Below, piece by piece: positions 30,597 to 42,850 of a DNA stretch of 64,000 nt (position 1 is the first letter of the stretch; each line of letters starts with the position of its first letter). Position numbers and translations under genes: made by a program. The notes beneath the pieces were generated by a model that had not been told where the DNA came from, ran no database searches, and saw nothing but the letters and a program-made list of their open reading frames with translations. This DNA comes from Saprolegnia diclina VS20 (Eukaryota), in assembly GCF_000281045.1 (NCBI RefSeq), contig NW_008246086.1:584881-648880 (forward strand), given 5' to 3'.

Positions 30597-33500
30597 ATGA
30601 TGCCAACGCTCCTCCATGACCTCCTCCACTTCCTCGGGAACATGCTGCATGGAGTGGTAGACCACGTCGGTCGCTTGCTAGGCAACGCGCCCGCGACCCT
30701 GCTCGAGGACGACGCGGTCCTTCCTCCCCCGCTCGACCCACCGCCATCGTCGTCGCTCGACGCACTGCCATCGACCTCGCTCGACGCAGCGCCATCGTCT
30801 TCGCTTGACGCGACGCCATCGTCTTCGCTTGACGCGACGCCATCGGCCCCGCTCCGAGAAGACCTCGTCGCCACGATCGACCGACTCGCCTCGGACACGA
30901 GCACGACCGTGGCGAGCGCTGCGGAGCGGGCGCGTGCTGCGTATGGACCGACCCCACTCGTGTCTGGGCACCCTCCTCAGCCCCCTCCGACCTCGTGGAC
31001 GTGCACCTTTGCAGAGCCGATCGACGTCTGGGTCCACGACGTGGCGCGGCAGCTCATCGAGCACTGCAACATGGATCCTTTGCTCACGGCATGCATCGAT
31101 CTGGCGGCCGTCGACCCGGGTATCGCGCGGCAGTGTCTCATCGTCGGCCTCGCCGAGGTATTGCAGGCGACGCCTCAAGAAGCCACCGGCATCCTCCACA
31201 CCATCTTAAACGCACACGTGCGAAACGGGCAGGTCTTGGTCGAGTCGTTCCTCCGCGCGGCCCGCGTGTTGGACCCGGCGCAGCTCCTGCCGTGGCATCT
31301 TCTCATGGAGTACGCGCTGCAGTGCAACATGCCGTACTCGGTGCTCCAGTGCGTCGAGCGTGCGGGCGCAGGCGATAGTCAGCATTGGGCTATGGCCGCC
31401 TTCAACGCGATCGGCGACACCGCATGCAAGGCCAACGCGTACTGGGTCACAGTGGCGTCGACACCGCCACTGCAACTGCAACTGAGTTACGCCAAGGCTC
31501 TGGCAGACTTGAGCCAATGGTCGCTGCTCGATCCGCCGAAAGCCACGAACGACTCCTTGGTCGCCCTCGAAGCGGGTGACTACACACGCGTGGCGTCATT
31601 GGCCAAGCTGCGCATCGTGCAAGACGGCATGCTCGAGCCAACGATCGCGGTGACCAAGGCGGTGCTGGACCAACAAGATCTCATCAAGATCGCAGACGTC
31701 AGCGCCAATCTTCAGGTCCCGATCATGTGCATCAAATGTAGATGGCTCACCCGCGCATGTACATGTAGATCCAAGGGGACGGGCTGGCGCTCGTCGAGCG
31801 TTGGAAAGAAGGGCACAAGCAGCATTGCGACGAGCCCCGCGCTCTCCTGCGGTGCCTCGCGGTCGAGCAGCGACTCCTGACCACCCTCAAAGCCTCTTTG
31901 CAGACTCGGGCGGAATGGTTTGTGGAGCGCGTCGCCGTCGCGCAGCGGGATGCTGCTCCGCACATCGTCGCCGGCGTTTTCGCCGAGCTCGAGACAACGC
32001 TGCAGCTGCTGCCCGGTGCCTCGGACGTGCGGCTGCTCACGAAGCTCGTGCAGAACGGCTTGGCCGAGGACGATCATCTCTCGACCGTCGACTGGACGGC
32101 ACAACCCGGCGCCGGCGGCTGGACAGCGTTCCAAGCCGACGCTAATATGTCGCTGTGGGACCTGGCGTGGAGCCAGCTCGAGAACCCGACCGACAAGCGC
32201 GCGGGCAAGGTCTATTTGGCACTCGCCAAGGCGTGGGACAATCAAGGAGCACCCGAACTGGTCGTGCGCGCGCTCGAGATGTATGCCAAGAGCCTCCGGT
32301 ACAAACCCCAGATTGTGTATTGTGTACCGAGGACATGGTGTGCATAGGTGCACCGGGGCGTCCACCTTCGACTTTCTCGGGTTGTGATTTCAGCACCGCT
32401 GCGACAAGGACGTGGCCAGCGCCATGCGTCGGCTCCTTTTGGACACCGGCACCCGCGTGCCGACGGTGGCTTTGGTGCCGCACACGCACGCGATCGCGGC
32501 GCAGTTTCTGGCTGCGTTCAAGCGCAACGACAAGCCTTGCTGCCACCTGCTCGGCGACTTGCTTGTCCGCATGTGCGTCGACCACCCGTACCACGTGGCG
32601 CACGTCATCGCGCAGCGGCTTTTTCGAAACTCTCGGGAACTCCAGAGTTTCACGCAGTGGCTCTTCGAGAACCCCCGCGACTTTGTCGGCCGGCGCATCC
32701 GCCAGCAGTCGGACCGCGCGGCTCGACTCTTTGACGCAGCGTGCAAGCTGGCGGCGAGGACGTCGGCGTGCTGGAGTTCGTCGCCAACGCCGAGCCGCTG
32801 GTGACCCATATCTGCGAGAGCCAGAGCATGCTTAACGACTGGTTCGATCGATGGGAGAGCGTGGACATCGATGCGCGCCTCAAGATGCTGGCCGATGGCC
32901 CCATCACGCTCCCGCAGTGGTTCCTGACAAAGTTCCCGGACCCGTATGCGTGGTACGACCGTTCTTTTGCGCATGCAACGACCAAGTTGTGGGGTGTTGT
33001 AGGTACCAAAGCCGCCTCCAGTACACGCGCACACTGGCGTCATCGTCCGTGCTTGGCGTGGTCATGGGTCTCGGTGACCGCCATGCCGGCAACTTTCTCC
33101 TCAACACGATGAACGGTGGCGTTGTCTACATCGATTTCGGCATTGTCTTCGACCACAACTGTACGTCACGATGACATACATGTACCACGATGCATGACGT
33201 GATATGCGTATAGTCGACGGCGCGACGGAGCACATTGAGGCCGTGCCAATTCGCCTCACGCGCAACCTCGTTGCCGCGCTTGGGCCGAGCGGCGCGGGCG
33301 GCTTCTTTGCCATGGCGTGCGCCGAGACGCTCGAGGTACACGCCTTGCATGAGGATGACAGCTGACTTTTGTGTGAGCGTAGGTTGTGCCAGCACCACGT
33401 GACGATGCAGCGCCTTCTCGCGGTGCGTCTTTTCGTTTGCAAAAGCTCATTTTACGAGCAGCGGGTGATGTAGAGCGACCCGGTCGTCGCGCCACAGAGC

Positions 33501-33647
33501 GTGCCATACACGGAGGCCCGCTTGAATACCATCATGCCGCTTCGCAACGTGTCCATCTCGATGACGATGATCGACGACATCATCGCGGCGGCCACAGACC
33601 CGCAGTCCCTGGCGGTCATGCCCTCGAACTGGGTTCCGTGGTTTTAG
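30597..33647 (+). CDS. Divergent, shortened ATR-like PIKK protein (possible pseudokinase or pseudogene)
   Basis: QWFLTKFPDPYAW/YQSRLQYTRTLASSSVLGVVMGLGDRHAGNFLL...VYIDFG, VPIRLTRNLVAALG, FATC-like AATDPQSLAVMPSNWVPWF*. N-lobe motifs not found; frame break near 32745. Confidence 0.75.
30749..30846 (+). repeat. 24-bp coding minisatellite x4 (SSLDA[L/A/T]PS)
   Basis: Four consecutive tc(t/g)tcgct(c/t)gacgc..cgccatcg-type units. Confidence 0.9.
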
Positions 33648-34420
33648 CAGCCGCAGCTAGCGCTCGCTCGTTTTCCAAGTTCGGAATTCTCAATACATGC
33701 CATTGCATTGCAGTCGGTGGTTTGAGAGAGATGCACTCGCTCGTACAAGTGCATATCTTGCAGGACGCGTGCCATTGACCACTGCTTCCAAATTGGTGAC
33801 TCGCATTTAGCTCATGCCTTTGCATCGTTGATGGGACCCGATGTGCTTGACAGAGGTCCCTCTTGCGTCGGAGCATGAACAAGTACCATCCTAGTAGCGA
33901 CATGAGCGCAGCTTTGTTGCACTCTACGCCATCGGGCTTACCGCTAACGCGAATGAGAAATGAGATGTCGGAATCGGGTGACGACATGCATGCAAAGTCG
34001 ATGGCGCGTGGATATGACGGCTGGACGATGCGAGGCGAGGAGGTTGCATGCAGCAGCGCAGGTCTGTATGCAATCGACGACAGTTCCTGGTAGGTCAATC
34101 CATGAGCCCACACAAGGTTCATCCTGTCCTTGAGCTCAAGGATACGACGGTGTACTCGCAGCATCGACGCGCGGATGTGTCATCCCCATCATGGCTTGGC
34201 GCCATATCGACTTCAACCTTTGATAATCGATACCTGTGTAAATAAGATATCCCGCATGTATGTATTCTTGCCGTATTGGTAGAAAATGATGCAAAAAGCG
34301 AGAGCTTGAAACCTGTCAGAATGCATCGGCGCAAACGAAGGCCATTGGCCAAAATGAACCGAGGGCCTATTCGCCGTCGCCAGTCAAAATCCAACGAACG
34401 CCCTCGAGGAAGCAAGCGCC

Positions 34421-35361
34421 ATGGACTCCTGGGGTACGCACGCGCCTCCTGCGTAGACGACGATGGCCTCATGCGACCGTATGTAGATGATGAAGAATTC
34501 GAAGTGCCCACGTACGCGACTTTGGCCATTGGCGGCGAAGCGGCGGCTAATGGACTCGTAGGTTGAACGACAAGAAGCCTGTCGTCGCCAACTGGGACGA
34601 CTCGGAAGAGGAGGAGGAAGAAGTCAAGCCCGTCGTCGCCGCCAAGCCGGCCGCGCCCACGGGTCCCCTCAAGCCCAAGCAGCTCAAGAAGATGATGCTC
34701 AAGGAGCAGGAGGAGAAGCACAAGCTTGAAGTCGCGATCGCCAAGGCCCGCGCCGAGGAGGAGCGCCACATGACGGCCGACGAACTCAAGGCCAAGCAGC
34801 AGCGCTCGATCGAGGAAGCCGACTTTGAGAACACGCTCGACGCGTTTGGTTTGAGCACGTCGAACGCGGTCAAGACCAAGGTCGCGAAGGCCGGCGACCT
34901 CGAGACGGTCGTCTCGGACATGAAGCTTGTGACGCTCGCCGACCACGAGGACCTCGGGTCGCTTGTCGGCAAGCGCCTCGTCAACTCGGTATGCCTCCAT
35001 TCTTGTGGGGCTTGCCCCTCATCCCATCGCTGTCTAGAACGCCAAATACGTCGTCGAGTTTATGAAGACGCTCATCTCGCACGCGTCGACGAACCTCACG
35101 GCCAACGACATGAACGACCTTACGACCATCATCAACGTACGTCGACCTCGCTCGATTCTCTCGAGAGGCTCATGCCTGTGGGATGCTGCGTAGGTCATCA
35201 AGAACGAGAAGATCCAGGCCGCCAAGCCCAAGGGCAAGAAGAAGAAGGTCACGGGCAAGCAGGGCTACGCCAAGGTCGAGCGGGCGACGGGCGGCGCCGG
35301 CGCCGGTGCCAACGTGGAGGACTACGACTATGGCGATGACGATTTCGATGATTTTATGTAA
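34421..35361 (+). CDS. EIF3J: Translation initiation factor eIF3 subunit J (multi-exon)
   Basis: MDSW/DDEEFEVP, NWDDSEEEEEE, QQRSIEEADFENTLDAFG, IKNEKIQAAK, terminal DDDFDDFM*. Confidence 0.92.
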
Positions 35362-35519
35362 ACCTACAAACCGCCTTTTGCTACCATACTCCGATCGACT
35401 AACTAAACTCTTGCGACGACAATACTATAGTCGATCCCACTATAATGGGGCGAGGCTCGTGCTCGAGGTCTAGTAGACTATCGGGTGTTGTCAGGAATAT
35501 ATAAATATAGAGAGCCGCC

Positions 35520-36300
35520 ATGGAGACGGCAACATGCTACTACAACGGCGACGACGCCTTCGACCCGCTCCTGCAGCATGAGCTCGCGCTCGAGATGACG
35601 AGTGCAAACGAGCAAGAGACCCAGCGAAGCGCATGCGATGACGCGCAGCTCACGGCCGTCCTTCTCCGCGTCAACCACGCGTGGCTGCACGCGTTCGCGT
35701 CCCATCACGAGCGGCCGTGTCTCGCGGACGAGCTCGTGTCGCGCGACTCGGTCTGGCTCAACGACTACTTCCAGAAGCTGCGCGTGCTCCACGACCCGGC
35801 GTCGTCGCATGCCAAGCTCATTATGCAACGGCTCCAAGAGTCGAGTCGCCGGCAGCAGCAAGCGACCGCGTACGTCCACGATGGAAGCGACGCGAGCCGG
35901 CAGCTGGTCGAGCCATTAGCGCTCATTTTGCACTGCACAACGCAAGACCGCTTGCCCGAGCCCCGCCTCGTACGATAAACTTCTTGCGACCTCCATCAAA
36001 AGCGCACTCCCAACGACAGCGTAGGTGCCCTTTCTGCGCGAAACAACGCTGTACTTGGAGAGTCCGGCGCTGATCGCGCGCGCCAACGAAGCAGGTGCGC
36101 TGGCTGCAACACCATGTGCTGCTCAGTTCGATGGGTAGCGCTATCGACGCCGCTGTACCGGCTGCTCGTCGTGCGGCAGAACACCGAGGCGCGCATGCTC
36201 CTCGTGCGACTGCTTTTGACGCTGGCCCAAGCCGACGCGACGGCCGTGGTCCGCGGCTGCACCATTGGCGGCCAAGTAGGCAATGACGCAGGGTGTACGC
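35520..36300 (+). CDS. Hypothetical protein (multi-exon; may be the 5' part of the next gene)
   Basis: Coding-like ORF from 35520 followed by short exons; no family recognised. Confidence 0.5.
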
Positions 36301-36332
36301 GGTGATGGTATCCTTATCTGTAGGGCCGCGCG

Positions 36333-38785
36333 ATGCTGCCCAATATCTTTATCCAGACACTGCCCAAGCGCCATCCCGAGTGCATCGAGCTCCAGACGAC
36401 CGCCGTCCGGCTCTTGCACATCTTTGACGTGCGCAAGAGCTCGTTCTTTCTCGACATTCCGTCGGCCAAGAGCTTGCATCGCCCGAAGGCGCTCTCGCCC
36501 GTCGTGCTGGCGGCGCTGCCTGTGCCAACGTTCTCGCTGCCCGACGACGTACGCCGTCCGTCGAGTCCATACAAGGAGAGCGTGCGGCCAAAGACCCACA
36601 CGATGCCACGCCGGCGTCCATTTCCGTCGCCAACACCGCGCGCGGACGTTGAAGTGCGCCGGCCGTCGACGCCGCAGAAGCTTGCGCCGCTCGAGGCCAT
36701 CGATGCGCGGCTCGGCGCCTTCGACTTAACGCCGGGCGAAGAAACCGGTGTCCGTGCACAAGCCGATCCCGATGCCGTTTCTCGACACGCCGCAAGCCGA
36801 GGATCTGCCGCGGTCGTCCATCACACCGACGACGCGCCAGCGCAAGCCCGAGCTGCAGTCGGTCGCGAGCTTCGAGTGGTACTGGCGCACGCTGCCGCCA
36901 GGCCACGCCAAGCTCTCGGACTACGCCAAGCTCAAGGCCGTGTGCCGCGCCGCCGTGTCGCAGCACAAGATTGGCGACCTCGAGCGCGCCTCGGAGCTCT
37001 ACGCACTCGCTTTGCGGCTTCCAGAGCCGGTCAACGTCGAGACGGACGGGACGGCACCGCTGCGGGTCGCGCTGCTCGTGAACCTCGGAAGTGCCCACCT
37101 GGGCCTGCGGCAGTGGGAGACCAGCATCACGACGCTCCGGACTGCTATCGTGGCCTGTCCCGAGCATGTCATGGCACACTACACGCTCGGCATGGCGCTC
37201 GCCGCCAGTGGGCAAGTCCGCGAGGCCATCTCCGAGCTTCAAGCTGTCGCACCGTTGCACTCGCCGGTGCTGCACCTCTCATGTGATTTTGTATTTTTAT
37301 TCTTTTTTGCCAGGCCAAGGCGCAGCTGCGACGCCTCGAGGGCCGACGGCCACGCAAGGCGACCGCGTCCACAGCGACGTTGCGCTCGGCGATCGGCCGC
37401 ATGGCGACGCAGGCTGAGGCGCTCGACGTGGTGTGGGCGACGCTCTTCCGGTGCCTCGACAAGTCGCGCTGCGGCGTCGTGAGCGTCGAAGGCTTCCGCG
37501 ACATGCTCCACTTGGCCAGCGTCACGTTGACTAAGGACGAGTGGCGGTGTCTCCTCGGGCACGTGGCGCACGAGCACGACGCCAACTACATTGTGTACGC
37601 ACGCCTCGCATCGGACGTGATGCTGCACCGCCCGGCACCGCCGTCGCCCGTCGACAAGGTGTGCTTCAACGGTCTCCGCCGGCGCACGGGCATGGAGCGC
37701 CTCCGAGTCTCGCTGCACTTGCTCGCACAGGTACCACCATTCTACCATACCTCTACATACAAGCAAACGTTTGCGGGTTGTAGCGCGAGGCCAGGGCGTT
37801 CTGCGGCACGGTCTCACAGTGGGCGCGCTTTGGCGTCGACAAGACCATCGATATCACCTCGAAAGCGCCGCCCGTCTCGTCGACGTGGATGCCATTCGTT
37901 GTGCACGTTCCGCCGTGCCCGACGTCAGTGCTTTCGACGCTCGCAACTGTCCTTGTCGCCCAGAGCACGGCCAAGGGCGTCGCATCGGCCCACCGCGCGA
38001 TCCGGCTCCGACGTCTCATCACGCGTAAGGTCGTTGAGACGTTTGTGGCCAAAGGCGTGGTCTACGCGATCGCCAGCACAACCAAGCTCCTCCATGAGAT
38101 GCGCCACCGGCTCGCGACGACCAGCGCGGCGCACGAGGTCCGCGGTGGCGTCGCCTTGTACTCGCTCCGGCACCTTACCGCCGCCCACGCCCACGCGCAC
38201 GTGCATGCAAGAGCGCAAGCCAAGACGGCCCTCGAGCGTATCGCGAACCGCGCAACTGCCGTTGTCGCCATGCGCGCCGGCGCCACGTTTGATCTTCCGA
38301 CCTTTGGCGCCCAGGCCAAGGTGATGGCAGCGCGCTGGCGAAAGACAAGCGGCGCACTAAGCCAAGTGGCCACAGCAAGTCGCAAGCACTGCGTCTCGTG
38401 GGTGCACGCCGGCGGCTCGCTCCACGACATTGCGACGCTGGCGACCCGACAGACGGCGCGGTTCGGGAAGCAGCACCGGCGGCTCGTGGCCGTCGCCGAC
38501 CACGCGACGCAGATCGTAGTGCAGCGTCGTGACGCAGTGGGTATCGTCGCGACTCGGGTCGTGCGCGCGAAAATCGCCTATTACACGGTCTTTCATGCGC
38601 TGCAGACAGGCCTCTCGACGGTCTCGGGCGCACCGCTGCCCGCGTACGACCTGCCGTGGATGTTTCGCAAGTACGAGATCCTTCCGAACGACGAGATTGA
38701 GCTGCCCGTCGAGGAGCCGACCGAGCAAGTGGCAGCAGAGGCAGGCGGCGTCGCGCCCTGGCACACGGAGCGCACGACTTTGTAG
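36333..38785 (+). CDS. TPR and EF-hand-like protein (multi-exon, apparent frameshift ~36735)
   Basis: TPR helices (GDLERASELYALAL; NLGSAHLGLRQWETSITTLRTAI; AHYTLGMALAASGQVREAI); EF-hand-like FRCLDKSRCGVVSVEGF. Confidence 0.65.
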
Positions 38786-39564
38786 CTAGTCGAATGAGGT
38801 AACGCGAGAAGGATGTGAACGCATCACCAACTCTACGCGCGTCGTTGCCTTCACTGTGCTCAAAAGCGCGAATGGCGAGAGCGCAAGACGGATAATCCGT
38901 GGACGCAGAGTCGCCGTCCGCGGAATTATCCTCACCGTTGCCAACTTCAACCCAGAGACTTCAACCTGCCGATTCCGCCATCGGATGGCGTAGAAGTTGG
39001 CGGGTCTGTCGCGTGCTGTCTGCCTTCCGCCGCCAGAGGCCGTGGCCTTGCGCTGCGTCCGTGTCTTCTTCTGCTTGGTGTGGAGGCGTGGATACGTGTA
39101 CCCCGGGGTGCGGTTGCCGTCAACGGCGCCGCGTGGCGATCGTGGGTGCACCACGGGACCCTTCACAGCCATGTATACCCCGGGGTGCGGTACCGTGTCC
39201 CTTGGGATCTTGCGGATTTTTACTCTCATCACGCGAATGATGCGCCGACGTCATCGACATTTTAATGCAGCGCGGTCGCGGATTGGCCGAAAGTGCCGCT
39301 CAGCTTCAACAGGCTGGATTGCGTCAAACAGTCCACGGATGCCGACGGCGAGTGTTTTTAGCCCGGGGGGCTTATACCGCCATATACAAACACCAAGTAC
39401 ACGCGAATCCACGGTGCATTTTTTTATTACGTGCAACGGGCAGCATAATAATAAAAAAGTATCTTTTTGGCGTGGGAACTTGCTACCAATTGGGCGAATA
39501 AAATGCGCGCGCTGATAAAAATAGCACCAAAACGAAAGCCGTCCACTTTTCCTTTTCGCCTCTG

Positions 39565-40524
39565 ATGCTCACGACGACGACCCCCGTGCTGACGGCGCCC
39601 AAGCCCCTCGCGGTCGGCAAGAAGCCGCAGAACCCGACGGCCAAGTTTGTCATCGGCGCCGGCGTCGCCTGGTCGTATGAGCTCGCGCTCGGCCACTTCT
39701 TCGAGTTTATCAAGGTCATGAAGCAAACGCAAGGCCACAAGTCGTACCTCGAGCTCGGCCGCGAAATCACCAAGGCCAAGGGCATTTACGGCATCTGGGA
39801 CGGCTTTTTTCCGTGGGGCACGGTGCAGGCCATCGCGAAGGGCTCCGTCTTCTCGTGGGGCCAAGCCTTTGCGCGCATGCAGATGGTGCCGCTGGTGAAG
39901 CAGGGCACGCTCAGCGACCGCACGGCCGAGATCATTTCCGGCGGCTTTGGCGGCGGTGTCCAAGGCATCTTTCTCTCGCCGACGCTGCTGTTGAAGACGC
40001 GCGTCATGACGGACCCGGTGTTCCGCAACAAGATGACGGGCTGGGAAACGTGCAAGAAATCGGGCCAGGTCGGCATGAACGTCATTCGCCACGAAGGCAT
40101 TTCGGCGCTCATGAAGGGCAGCATCGTCTTCTCGCTCAAGCGCGTGGCCGACTGGTCGACGCGGTATGCGTTCTGCGTCCTCACGGAAGAAGCGCTCTTC
40201 AAGGGGGACGACCCGAAGAAGAAGCTCACAGTCACCGAAGAGCTCGCTTCGTCGCTCATTGGTGGTACCCTCTCATGCATTGCGACGCTTCCGGTCGACG
40301 TCATGGTCGCCCAGATCCAACAGGCGTCCAAGGCCGGCGCCAACGTCGGCATCATCTCGACCTTCAAGGACGAGTACGCCAAGGGCGGCATGAAGCGCCT
40401 CGTCGGCTTCTCGATGGCCGGCTTTATCCCGCGCTGCTTGCACTGCGCGTTCACGACCATGGTCATGAAGACCGGCTGCTCGGTCGTCTACGACATGTAC
40501 GAGCAGTACACGGACGCCAACTAA
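39565..40524 (+). CDS. Mitochondrial carrier (SLC25), Yhm2-like citrate/oxoglutarate carrier
   Basis: Three-repeat carrier layout (HFFEFIK, PTLLLKTR, PVDVMVAQIQ); GIWDGFFPWGTVQAIAKGSVF resembles fungal Yhm2. Single exon. Confidence 0.88.
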   Translation: MLTTTTPVLTAPKPLAVGKKPQNPTAKFVIGAGVAWSYELALGHFFEFIKVMKQTQGHKSYLELGREITKAKGIYGIWDGFFPWGTVQAIAKGSVFSWGQAFARMQMVPLVKQGTLSDRTAEIISGGFGGGVQGIFLSPTLLLKTRVMTDPVFRNKMTGWETCKKSGQVGMNVIRHEGISALMKGSIVFSLKRVADWSTRYAFCVLTEEALFKGDDPKKKLTVTEELASSLIGGTLSCIATLPVDVMVAQIQQASKAGANVGIISTFKDEYAKGGMKRLVGFSMAGFIPRCLHCAFTTMVMKTGCSVVYDMYEQYTDAN

Positions 40525-40589
40525 GTATATGATGATATCGTAGCGTGATATCAAGTAGTCGTAGTCAGTTTTGTAATTAACTTCTTCCA

Positions 40590-41287
40590 TCATGCCTGGA
40601 ACGCTGGTGGCAGGAAATCGCGGTAGTTGGCTAGCACGTCGTCCTCGCGCGCTTGCATGACCTCGTAGTCGGCGTCGTTCTCGTGGTCGTAGCTACGACA
40701 GCACCCAAGATGAGATTGCACGGTGTCGACGCAGCAAAGCTACCCGATGAGGTGGCAGAGCCCGTGGGCCACAAGCACGGGCAAGCGGTCGTCCAACGTC
40801 GTATCTATGACCCAAGTGAGGCGTTGTCGACTCGACGTGCATGGCCACGCACCGTGGTGCTTGCAGAACGACTGCACGTACGGGATGCCGATGAACATGT
40901 CACCGAGGTACCGGTCCTCTTCCGTCGCGACGGACGGCAACACGCCGGGCACCGCGATCTGCCACCCAAGAGAAGCGAAATTCATTAGCAAGAAAGGCGA
41001 AGTGTATTACCTTGTAATTGGGAAACGAGAGGATGTCCGTGGGCTTGTCCTTCTTGCGCGTCGTGCGGTTGAGGTACTGGATGTGCTTGTTGGTCGTGAG
41101 GAGCAGACCGGCGTCCCTAGGCCATGCGCTGAAAGATCGTTGGCGATGGTGACCATGGCTACCATGGCGTGGCTGACGACGCGTTGAGGTAGCGCAGCAT
41201 CGCGTTGAGCTGCGCGTTCAGCTTGGCCGTCGACAGCGGCAGCTTCCCGCGGAAGTCGCGCCGGAGCTGCGCGTTCACAATCACCAT
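40590..41287 (-). CDS. YBEY: Endoribonuclease YbeY (multi-exon)
   Basis: IQYLNRTTRKKDKPTDILSF, LGDMFI, HGLCHLIG/YDH metal-binding motif across introns. Confidence 0.92.
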
Positions 41288-41559
41288 GGCCACGCAAACT
41301 GGCGGTTTTTTATTTTATTTTATTTTATTTTTTAAAATAATTCAAAATGCCCAAGTTGAAGTTGCACGAATCTCGACAAGGATGTCGATCGTCGGCGTAC
41401 CACCACCGCTCGCGCTCGCGCCGGCGCGAAACGCGGATTCTTGTGGCCACGCGCTCACCTCGAGAGCGCAATGCGATGTCCGACCAGAAGAACCACCCCA
41501 AGACGAGGATGTATATCTGAGAACTAAGATGTTGTTGAGCAACTAAGATGAGGCCGAAG

Positions 41560-42622
41560 CTACTCGCGGTCCGCGACGCGCCGGAGGTTGATGTTGACTC
41601 TGGCGTGCGCGATGTAATCTGCGAAAGCGTCGACTTCGGCTGGGATGTGCGTGTGCTTCAGTGCTTGGGTGCACGCCGCAAAGTCGTCGGGAAGCTGGTC
41701 GGTGACGAGCGGGACGCCATGGAAGCATCGACGAGCTTCGCCACCCATGACAAGGATATCACCTACTTACGCATGAGCTAAATTGTGTCGGACGCGTCGG
41801 TGTACCGCTGCGCAGCCAGAGCGCTGTCGGCGTCGTCGCACGCGTCAAGCCGCCTTGCAAGTACACACACTGCGTGCCGAGGCTCAGCGACACGATTGGG
41901 TTGACCATGTCGAACTCGGCGTTGTCCAAGTGGCCGCCCATGCAGGTCCCGGCCGGGTAAAAATTGACGATGCCCGACTCGACGTCCTTCCCGTTAACGT
42001 AGCTTGTCATCGCGTACACCTCCTTCACGAGCTGCTTGAGCTCCTCTGGCAGCGGAGGAATGTCGGGGTCGGCCACGTACTCGCGCGCTGTCCAGTCGTA
42101 ATGGGCGCCAATGTTGGCCCAGCGCAAGGCGTGGAACGCCTTCCACGCTGGCCGCCCATGCGTCGTCGCGTCTTCATGCCATGCGTCTTCCCAGAGCCTC
42201 GTCGTCGCAGCTCGATCGCCCGTGAGGTTGGTCACATTGTTATAGGGCTGTTGCGAGTGAGCTCGTACGGCGCGGAAGGCCCACTCGACTTGGGTCGTGA
42301 TGGGCATGGCACCAGTAAGCACCATCATGCCGCTGAGCCCTTCGATCTCGTAAATGTAGGCATCGCGAGGGCTAAGGATGGTGTAGTCGAAAGCGAGCGC
42401 CTCGGAGGACGGCGCGCGGCCACGGAGGCGAGCCATATTGGCAGCCGAGTTGGCGTCCTTGGCATGGACGTCGATGACGCCCGAGAAGTCGACGCGGTCG
42501 GTCTGCCGATGGGCATCATGGCGACGCTGGCGTGCGTTCTTGTGGTCGCTACTCCGATGGCGGTATTGCTTCTCGAGCGGCCGGAAGCGGTCGACGACGT
42601 CGCCCGTGCTTGCTGCCCGCAT
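41560..42622 (-). CDS. ALKBH1: AlkB-family 2OG-Fe(II) dioxygenase, ALKBH1-like
   Basis: LRWANIGAHYDW, GIVNFY....MGGHLD..E, IVSLSLG, LRSG/DILVMGGEARRCFHGVP, RVNINLR. Confidence 0.92.
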
Positions 42623-42850
42623 TATATTCGGCACGACATGTTATATTCGGCAGAAGTGCTGGTGGCAACTGCCTTCAATAACGGATACTATACGAACTTA
42701 TCCGGTCAGAGGCAGCCAAGATCGCATTTCGGGAATCGCGCGCGAAGGAAGAAGCGGCCGAGAGGAAGCGCGGGATGTCACGGCAGGTCGTATCGCTATC
42801 GCAGATGCTGGGGCACGACGGAAGGTAGACGCGGGTATGCATGAGGATGC

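Noticed and set aside
33616..34250. Minus-strand 182-aa ORF between the PIKK-like gene and eIF3j
   Set aside because: Weak coding bias and no motif I can support; may be a decayed gene.
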